DNA of 64,000 bases from Lingula anatina (lineage: Eukaryota; Animalia; Brachiopoda). The DNA lies in assembly GCA_051362555.1 (NCBI GenBank), contig CM120647.1, positions 8,122,001 through 8,186,000 on the forward strand. Direction: 5' to 3'. Shown here piece after piece: positions 54,401 to 64,000 of this stretch (positions are counted from its first letter, which is position 1; every line of letters begins with the position of its first letter). Below the pieces are notes generated by a model. That model saw nothing but the letters and a program-made list of their open reading frames with translations, was not told the DNA's origin and searched no databases. A program made the translations under genes and the position numbers.

Positions 54401-55881
54401 TCATTTATCTGTTTATATAACTTTTTTTGTAAAATCCAGCAACTTTTTAAGTCTTCAATTTCTCCAAATAAAGAAAATCCTGCAAAATTAAGAACTTTGA
54501 TATCCACCTCTACTATTATAATAAAACATATTTGATTGGACAATGTGTTGTTCTATTAATATGGCACTTTAATTTCCAATATTTAATACGCAATTCGTTC
54601 TGTTGGCAATGTTGGAGAAATAGACCCCTGTGAACAAATCCTAGGAAATTCACACACAGATTTCCCAGTAATATTTTTACAGTTCATAGCTACACTACAT
54701 GCCCTCCTCTAAAAACAAACACACACACACACACGCACACATTAGCACACATGCATGTATGTGCGTGTACACATAAAACACACCTTATATTTTTATCTAA
54801 TTCGTAATTACCAGAATTGCCTCCAGATCCACCTCCTATCTTGTTGACTTGACTTCCAAATGTAAACTTGACCGCTCCGTTACATTCTGACTTCTCTGTC
54901 GTGGCAGCGTTGTATGAAATCTCCTGTGCTGAATCTAAATAAAGGTAATTTCAAAGATTAGTTTATAGTCTCATATCCACAATAATCAAATTCAACTGAC
55001 TTACAGTAATGATTCTATCTTTGAATCAATTGGAGAAAAACTCAATCTTTGACAATTTTACATAATTCTGAAATAATTAAATATCATATTCTGTTTTTAA
55101 TTATTTGGCTTCCACTCTACAAGTGTGTTCTAATTTTCAGAGTTTATAACTAAAAACATACGGTAGTTGTAAAATACACAATTTTCCCATTTGAAAAGAT
55201 TGAGTTACCATAAGTTTGTAGTTTGTGTATAAACTTAAGAAATTTATGCAATCTTGAATCATTCTGAGACTCATAAATCCTGATTCACCCAGTGAAAAAA
55301 TTGGCAGATTCATTCACGCTACTTCTTATCAATAACTTCTATTCAGGGAACTTTAAACTTTTAGTTCATCCCTCTTATTTCAAGTTTTATTTAGATCATA
55401 ATTACATCTAGCAACCTATACTTGTGAGTAATATACTTAATATTTTCTTTCATTGCCATGGGACTTTGGAAGACCATTAAAAACTCGTCTCCTAGGTTAT
55501 TCCTCTTACACAAAAAATTTAACTCAAATTTGTCCCTTACACACATAAATATTTACTTAATATTTTCTTCCGTTGCCATGGCACCATAACAACCCTCACT
55601 AGAAAGGCGCATATCAATCCCGAGCCAAAACTTAGGATAAATATCCCCCATAACGGAATCTTGTCGAAGCCCAGCACTGAAAAATAACAAAACACCAGTA
55701 AAAACTTAAGTCATTCATTCAAATCCGTTAAAACTGCATCTTAAACCATCTTTGTTCAAAACTTGTCACAATGACAAAAATAAGTATTTATAAGCATAAT
55801 CCAATCAAGCATTGAAGAAAAAGTATAAAAAGTGTATTAAGATAATTTTATTGACATTTATAAGACTCCAACTTATTAGGG

Positions 55882-55930
<49 letters not shown>

Positions 55931-56671
55931 ATAAGAATTACCATAAAAAACTTTAAAGAAATTGCCAATTCAAAATGTGTTGCTGTTTCTCTCTCACTCT
56001 CTCTCTCTTTTTTTTTTTTTTTTTTTCTACAGCTCAGAGTTATAGCAGTTGAAAAAGGCATAAAATTCTAGACATTTTAACAAATTTGACATTTATTTAC
56101 TTACTTTCTGGGCCATCGTAGAAGATGGAGAAGACATTTATGACTAGAGTGCACCCATAGAATATGGGCAGAAGACGTAAACCATGCCTCAGTTGGTCCT
56201 CCTAAAATTAAATATATCAATTCCCATATTATATGTATTGTATTTTTCAACTAAGATACCATTAGCAAATTTTATTTGGATGGCTAAATTTGATTTAATT
56301 TCTTTTTAAATAACTGATTTTTCTGTTAACAAATATAAATATCCAAATATCCACTGATTGGAAAACAAAATAAACATCTGCATGCTACATGACGTCCAGC
56401 AAAAATTTGATAAGTTAATACACCAGCCGAGCCCCTTAAAGTGTAAATTTCCTTATCTAATTGAGCACACCAATTAACATTATCCAGAAAAAAAAAAAAA
56501 AAACGATCCAGGCTTGCAACCATTAAGTACATTAATATTAGTACAGTTTGACCCTGGTTTGCACCATTGTGTAAACTGTCCTTACCTTTCTGAGGACAAG
56601 CAGTGAGATAACCCAAAACAATCCTATAGACACAAGGCCAGACAGCACTGGGGAGATGAACCAGGAACCAA
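48196..56671 (-). CDS. SLC20A1: SLC20/PiT sodium-dependent phosphate transporter, 3' eleven coding exons (5' part beyond the window end)
   Basis: complement(join(48196..48439,48967..49152,49755..49873,50391..50470,50776..50860,51239..51330,52311..52394,54812..54934,55557..55676,56105..56201,56586..56671)). Phases consistent. Motifs: [96 protein letters not shown]20A1 versus SLC20A2 not resolvable. Confidence 0.93.
51703..52091 (+). repeat. 49-bp minisatellite, 8 units, in an SLC20 intron
   Basis: ATATTTATGAAAAGTGGTTGTGGC(A/G)GAGCTGTGATGGAGAT(A/G)TCAGCAA at 51703, 51752, 51801 ... 52046. Confidence 0.95.
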
Positions 56672-58320
56672 CTGGAAAAGAAGAACAATGTTTTGTAATA
56701 TAAGCTTTTATTAGTACATTAAGGGAAAAGGGTACGCTTTTCACTTCTTCCCTTTATTCTTTTTAGAAAAAAAAAATAAGAAGAAGAACTCCCCCATATC
56801 CCTTTATCCTCTGAAATTAATCAGCAACAATGTACATGTGTATTTAAACTAAATTCCAAAAAATGTGCAAAAAAAAAATAATAATAATAATAATAATAAA
56901 TAATAAACAAAAAATAAAAATAAAAAAATTGGTACAAACCACTGGAACACAAAGACACCAAAAACCACCTCTTAACAAGAATAAGAAGTGTTCAAATACT
57001 AATTATGCTGTTGCAAGTAGTTGTTTTTCTCCCTCCTAATTACTGCTATTTAATTCACCTCCCTCTGCACAACTTCATCAATAAATCATACATATTGAGT
57101 TTCGATCATAAATCATCAACCATTACAGTAGCTTCACTTATGACTATACAGTGCAGAGAAAATTCATAAACATCTGTCATTTCTCCTACAAAGTGTTCCA
57201 CAAATGTGTCTATCAGACCAATAGTGGCCAGGTGGAACATTTTATGGAAAAGCTTAATTAGCACTTAACTCAATTTCATCAATTTCACAGAAAAAAATCA
57301 AGAGACTTTGATGAATATCTAGTATAAAGATAAACCAGCAACAAATATTTCAAACCTTTTCACTACTAGAGATATTCATTTTTTAAGCATTTCAAAATAT
57401 GTTGTGATTGAAAAGGATTTATTTATTGTTATTGGTTTGATTCAAAAATAAAATTTGCACTAGTGGTTAACCTACTCTCTCACACAATTTAATTAAAGCC
57501 TACCTACTCTTATAGTACATGTATCCATGAACTTTACGAACATTTGGTAAATATGAGGGAGACGGATTGGTGCACTTTAGCTAATAGGTAATACGGTACC
57601 TATAGGTAATACGGTAATAATGGAAAAATACTAAACACCTTTTTTCCAGTGATCATTTCTTTTAATTATCTATTTTAACCAAGGTTTATACATCTAAGAC
57701 ATATAAATAGGGGAAAAATCTGATAACAACTTGGAAGAAATTACCAATCATCTATTTCTTCTCTTGATCCTAAAGCACCGATTTTGTAAATAAAATCCAT
57801 CAGCTTGGTTCAGATTTGACGAGCAGTAACAGGTAGAAAAATATATGCTCCTGAATGATTAAGAAGCTGTGCACAAATGACATGAGAACTTCTACAAATG
57901 TGTAGGAAGATGACATACAATATTCTGCAACCTGTTTTTGTGCGTTGGAAAAAGAGTGGAAATTTAAATAAGCTGTCACGCAATCTGGCAATTGCCTTAT
58001 CACATTATGACATTCTGGAATTGACTTGTTTTGTAGAATGTAACAAAAAAGGGAAGAAAGGAAAAGTTGATGCAAATGTCAGGTAATTTGATATTTATTC
58101 TCATCCTACAATTTCTAAAACAGTAAATATTTTCAAAGAAGAATTTATGTTTTGGGTGGGATGGGTCTGACAGTGGGATAGGCTAGATAGTGGGATAGGT
58201 GGGACAGTGTGAAAGGTGAGACAGGCAGGAGAGTGGGACTGTGTGATGGGACAGTTTTATTCAGAACAGTGACAAGGAATAACGTGATAGGTGGCACACA
58301 ATGGTAGATACATATAAAAT

Positions 58321-58555
58321 CCCATTCCCATACCTAGATCAATCTAACACGAACGATCCATCTCCGAGGGGTTTCTCACTTTCAGCTTAAGTGGCTTAGA
58401 TGTCTGGCATGCCTACTAAAGCTGCTAAACGCTAGTTAATTACCCCTAACAGCGTCAGTAGGCATGCCAGACATCAGAACCGCTTGAGCTGAAAGCAACA
58501 TAGCTAAAAAGACGGGTCAATCCTGCTAGATCGATCTAGGTACGGGAATGGGGTC
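58321..58555. mobile_element. Palindromic Harbinger-like MITE (GATCGATC family)
   Basis: CCCATTCCCATACCTAGATC ... GATCTAGGTACGGGAATGGGGTC|TAA, inner stem GATGTCTGGCATGCCTACT / AGTAGGCATGCCAGACATC. Confidence 0.75.
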
Positions 58556-61027
58556 TAAGACATGGTGAAGGTACAAGTAAATGTGAACTTGTGAAGGTCA
58601 GATACGCATAAATCAATTCTGACGTCATCAACAATGCAGCACACACGTGGGAAATAAATACCCGCATTCCCCTATATAAGCAAAGAATTCTCCTCCCCCT
58701 AGTTTTTGGCCCATAACCAAGTTACATACACCTGTTCCAAAAATATAGATCACCTAAAATATCACGTGGCTCATAAGCTATGTCTAGAAAAAGGTCTAAA
58801 TGCATGTGAGTTGGGCACTAACATGATAATAAATTTTCATTCTTTGGAGTTAATTCAATGGCTAGTTAGAAAACATAGCCTTGACACCCTTATTTGTACT
58901 AGTACTTGAGTGACCCCCTATAATGTAAATGCTTTCCTGTCATAAGTGATCGGTTACAACCATCATGAGTGAAGTCAAAAAACTGGTCCAACGAGTAGAT
59001 TAAATTCTCATTTGTTAATCTCAAATCCAATTGAGAATTTAAAGTACTACATGACAGCTAAAGCCAATTTTTTTTTTCTTTTTCAAAAACCAAACAATTT
59101 TTTTCTTGAAAATATTTCTCCTTGAATTTGCAACATGTGACACATAAAAACTGACTTCCCTGATATTTCTACAGTGTATACGCAGCTGTTGTATGGTGTA
59201 CTTCTGCTGCGCAGACACCAGTCTGATTGCAATCAATGCATTTTGACCAACACAGGTCTAAACCATGCAAGTATATACAATGTACATATATATATAGTGT
59301 GAATACAGGTCTACTAATAGATTTGCTTTCAACAGCTGTCATAATGATAAATAAGCAACTGGGTGAAGGTGTAATTGGATGGTGCTACGGGCTAATTATT
59401 GCCACTTATTATGAGAAAATGATATCCATAAATGTTTGACTATCACAAAATTCTGGACAACTATACACCTGTCCTTACTATTTGTGGCAAAAAAATTAGA
59501 AAAAAATATTCATTAAATACTTATTGGCCATAGCAAGAAAATAGTCAAATCAAAACATTGATAAATTTGCTTTAAAAAAAAGGTGAAATGTTACACTTTT
59601 TCTTTTCAGTCAAATCAGAAAATCGTGTCAAATAAGAATATGTCAAGCATCAAACTAAAATGTATGTTCAGTGAACCCACCACACATGCACATGTACTAT
59701 GTCGGTCAGTTGTCATGGTAACGGGCCAGTAACTATAGTAACGTTGTGAAAAGAATAAGGACCAAGTGTTGAAAATTCAGAATAATGCTTTTCTTTTATT
59801 TAGATTTAAGATTTAAAAACATTTTGAGAAATGCATTGGACAAGCCCATTAATTCGGTTTACTGGGAGGATCAACTTCATTTTCAGATCTTTGTCAGCAT
59901 CTGTGACTATCGCTATTTTGCTTTAGAGAAAAATCCCATTTTAAGATTCCTGAATCAATACGCTTTATGCACCAATTCTTCATAACAGCTCAGAAGATTG
60001 CCTGAAAATTCTTATCTTTTTGCAGAAAGGTCCCATCTCCGATTCACATTTGAAGGCTTATTGGAAGATTTATGAATAACTGGATCTCTCCTGCCATTGA
60101 AAGTATAAAAAACAGACAAGTTTTGAAATATTAGATCTAATGCAGTATAATTCCATTTCAGATTTCAAACAGAAGCTTTGTGCCAAGGCCTTCTCTCTCC
60201 ATAATGACATAATTATTCTCCAATCAATAAATTGATTGAAAATTGACCAAACAATATATTGCATTAGCATACTGGCAAACAAAGGGAAGCACATAATAAG
60301 CTAGGAAAATTTTCTTTATGAAAAAGCTGCCCTTTTGGTTATGCACCTGCCTGTAAGGCTGACTTTTAAATTTATTTTTTAATAATTTTTATTTTTGTCA
60401 GAGGTCATTTTTGGTTTCATTTTTCTTTCTTTTTTTTTTTTTTTTTTTTCTTATTTGGCCATTTTTAGGTCGACAGAGCTTGACAAACAAGTTATTAAAA
60501 AAACTCCCTATTGCTTTTGCTGCACTGAAAAAGGTCAGCCCAAGTTAAATGGAAACAGCTAGGACTTCTGATCTGTTTAAGTCTCAGTGGGAAAATTAAA
60601 GATTTAGTCTGCCATTCATGATCTGTGCAGTATCGATTGGCCTGAAACACAAAATCTTAGGAGAAGAAGAGTAAGCTCTCGGCGACTCATTAAGCCACAG
60701 AAAATTAGACTTTGTAAAGAAGACATTTGAGGAAGTCTGCATGGTGAAGGGGAGGGGGGAGGGGGGGACAGCAAGACGAAAAAGGCAAAAACCTACCAAC
60801 TTTATCTACTCTGGGGTAGCCCCTGCAATTTTTTCTTTACTCCAAATCACTATTTTTTCATCACTTTTTTCTCCAAATGGTTTAAATTTCACTAGAACAA
60901 GTCTAATCAACCGTATTTTGTATAGCCAATCAAAGTCAGTTTTAGCATTTGAGTTTATTGGTGAATGTCAGCCGTAACACTAGCCAACCCCTTTGCTGTT
61001 GCTTTCAAAGTACAGACATGAGCCTAG

Positions 61028-61242
61028 CACCCCATTTCCAAAGATTAGATCGACCTACTTTAGATCGACCTAACTCCCTGGGAGTTCACGCTAAATAGCT
61101 GTCAGCCGGGCGGACACGAAAGTTAAGTACCCCCTTACAGCTTGTAGTAGGCAGGATGGACATTTAAGTTGGATTATCTGAAAGTAATCTAGTGAGACTC
61201 CCCGCGGGGATAGATCAATCTAAAATCTATGGGAATAGAGCC
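61028..61242. mobile_element. 215-bp Harbinger-like MITE, close copy of 32428-32642
   Basis: TAG|CACCCCATTTCC...GGGAATAGAGCC|TAG. Same length as the other copy, few substitutions. Confidence 0.8.
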
Positions 61243-63489
61243 TAGGTTTCAAATAAAACCTCTGAACATTTATCATGAGAGCCAACACCTAACCTTGACG
61301 AATCTCAGGAACCATCAGAATTCAATTTAAAAAAACGCGGAATTCCACTTTTCCTCGTAAAAAGCTCATGTCAGATAGTAAAAAAGGCCTTGTCCATTAT
61401 TTTATATTTGTTTCTTTTTGCTCAGCCTTCCCCCCCCCCCCCTCCCAACAACAACCAAAAAAAAAAAAAAAAAATGTACAGTGCACAAGCGTTCCAGGAT
61501 ATTAAATTCTGAGCATCTCCTTCAATTTCCATCAGAACTCTGCCAGCACACAGCAATTCTTGGAATCTGCCTAAAAAAAAAGCCCTGCCAACCGGAAAAT
61601 TAGTCATTATTACATTATCATACCAAGTGTCAGTAATGTCACTAGCTGTAGTGAGAATGTAGTTATGTATAATAGATGCCAAGTTTAGTTATATTGTAGT
61701 ATATTCTGCATGTCCGTTTATTTATTTTTTTTAAAACTTATTTTTGACTCGGAAAGAAAACTGTCTTCATGATAAAAGTGTACTTGTGCTCTTTCAATTT
61801 TCAGTTTCACCTTTTAACTCCATTTTTGTTTATGTTCCTAGCTAATTTTATCATGTTGTTGCCTTTGCAAAAACGCAGTCATAACTAAGCAATATTTCAT
61901 TAAAAAAGAGCAGATTAAAACAGAGACACCGCTCAATTTATTGTAAATTAACTGTAATTGATTTATCTAGACTACATCCACTATCGTAAGCAACTTCCAT
62001 GACATTTTTTTTTATCACGAGTGATGTGATCACACTCATTTATCACTGATGATCAAAAGTCATTCTGTTCTATTTTCCATTGCAAAACTGCTAATAATTT
62101 GAAATACGACCTTAATTATTTACGTGACCAACTTCAAACCAGACGAGAATGGTTGAGGAGAAACCCATTAACAGCATAGGCAAAAGAGCTTCCATTTCAA
62201 TAGTTACTCAAAAATCAAAAACACAGACTTCATAAAAAGGATCTTAAATTTGTCAAAAGATTTTGATATGGTACAGGTAAACCTTGTTGATTAACCAAAA
62301 AGTGTTTTCAGTTCTAGGAATAACAAATATTTTGCTGTAAGGGTGCAAGGGCTCATTTTGTACATGTATTCAAGAGGTATATTTCTCTTTCTGTAAATTG
62401 TTTGGGGCATTCTCAAACTATGTTGAGCCCATTTCCTGAGATAGTAAAGAGCTTAACTTCACTAATCTTTTTTTCGGACGTAACTGGCATTTTACCCTGC
62501 CTTATCGCATTGCTATGTCTGCAAATTATGTTCTATTTACTAGTCACAGAAACCTTTCCATCGCTAGCTCCGTAAGCCAAAAGGTCGAACCTTTCATACT
62601 GAACTACAGGTGTAGCAGTAATCTTGCCGATGTCTGTTGAAGTTATTCCATCCCAGAAAACCAGCAAGGGAAATACTTTAAGTGTATCAAAACAAGATGC
62701 AAAATAACAAAATGCTATTTTTGCATTTTTCAATAAAAAAATCTTTTTAATCATTTAATTAATATTTTTTTATCTTTTTAACCTATAAATTCAACAGGAA
62801 ATTTAAACTTGATGATATTTGTGTGTGAGACTGGTAAATATCACTACGAGTTTGAGCGTTATCTAATAACAACTTCACCACAATAGCTAACACATAAAAT
62901 TTTCCAGACAGTCATTAAATGTTTAGTGCCTCTGCAAAACAAAAAGTTTATAGACTAAGTGCAATTGGCACTAAGTTACCTGCCGTAAGCAGCAAGGCTT
63001 ACTGGTAGATCTGAACTGCTTCATAAAAAATTCTCTCTCGCAGATAAAATGGAAACATCTTTCAAGAAATCGCATCCCACCTAACCACAGATGATAACAG
63101 ATATTAAAGATATAAAGAACCAAGGATTGACACTTTCTGTTATACCCCCCTGCTCCCCAAGATGTGAACTCAACATGAATGTCAGAACATGATATTTTAC
63201 TTACGTCACCATCCTCATGAATTATACCAAACTAGCTAATCCTTTCAGACATTGGAGCAGTTTCCTCTTGGCAAATTGGGTTACTTCATAAGTGGGCAAT
63301 AACTTTTCCATAAATCAAGGCAAAAAAACAGTCCAAATTTTTATTTTATATAATTAATTTTCTATTTGATTTATTCATTTTTTAGCTTTGTTTTGTTTAT
63401 GGGAAGAAAAATCAAGCCCTTGTCCTAAATTTATATTAAGGCACACTATAGTATAGACTAAATCCAATCTATTGTTCTACTAAACAAAG

Positions 63490-63716
63490 GTACCATTCCC
63501 AAAACCCTGTTGTACTAGCAGGATCGATCTATCTCCAAAAGGATTCCCTCTTAATTGTATTCAATTTAACGTGCAAGAAAGTTAATTACGCCCCCCCCCC
63601 CCCCCCCCCCTCTCCTGCAGCTTCAGTGGGCATGACAGACTGAATGCAATTTAGCGAGAATCCTCTTGGGAGTCAGATCGATCCTGCTTGTATGATATAT
63701 TTATGGGAACCCTGTC
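63490..63716. mobile_element. Degenerate GATCGATC-family MITE
   Basis: TTCCCA..AGCAGGATCGATCT / AGATCGATCCTGCT..TGGGAA. Confidence 0.6.
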
Positions 63717-63802
63717 TAAGTCAGTCGTGGCTTCAATTATTAGCTAGAATTTAGTTGCAGGACAAAATACGCCAACCTACGCACACCAGTACTAGGACAC
63801 TT

Positions 63803-64000
63803 AGACCTCCTAGATCGAACTAGAATAATCGACCCATCTCCGAGGGGCTTCTCACTAATTTTTTTCAGCTTAAGGGGCTCTGATGTCTGGCACGCCTACT
63901 GAAGCTGCTACCGTATAATTAACTATCGATTAGCAGCTTCAGCAGGCGTGCCAGACATCAGAGCTGCTTTAGCTAAAAGCAATTAAGCAAGAAACTGCTC
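63803..64000. mobile_element. GATCGATC-family MITE, truncated by the window end
   Basis: Stem GCTCTGATGTCTGGCACGCCTACTGAAGCTGCTA / TAGCAGCTTCAGCAGGCGTGCCAGACATCAGAGC. Confidence 0.7.

Noticed and set aside
56700-64000. Upstream SLC20 exons (GANDVAN, PISGTH motifs)
   Set aside because: Not found by eye. The region is treated as a long intron with the 5' exons beyond the window.

Overview
AT-rich, intron-rich eukaryotic (animal) genomic DNA. A marine invertebrate is plausible from the transposon content, but the species cannot be read from the sequence. 0.8-34.4 kb holds a tandem array of SLC43-family (SLC43A3/LAT3-4-like) MFS transporter genes on the + strand: three intact 9-exon paralogues with identical lengths for exons 1-8, plus a collapsed pseudogene split by a 3.6-kb foldback element. 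A 3-coding-exon DUF1647-like putative glycosyltransferase gene lies on the - strand (35.8-37.5 kb, probable non-coding first exon near 41 kb). The 3' eleven coding exons of an SLC20/PiT Na-phosphate transporter lie on the - strand (48.2-56.7 kb), with its 5' end outside the window. Introns and spacers carry many non-autonomous DNA transposons with readable TIRs/TSDs (Academ-like, AcademH-like, P-like, EnSpm-like, Harbinger-like, Ginger-like, Helentron-like). The most notable signals missing from the ORF track are a 620-bp TIR element carrying a RecQ-helicase N-terminal fragment and a 3.9-kb P-like element carrying a promoter-like segment and a decayed 3-exon ORF. I do not see firm evidence of a wholly new biological system. 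All gene models were spliced by hand, and family names come from motif recall, not database searches.
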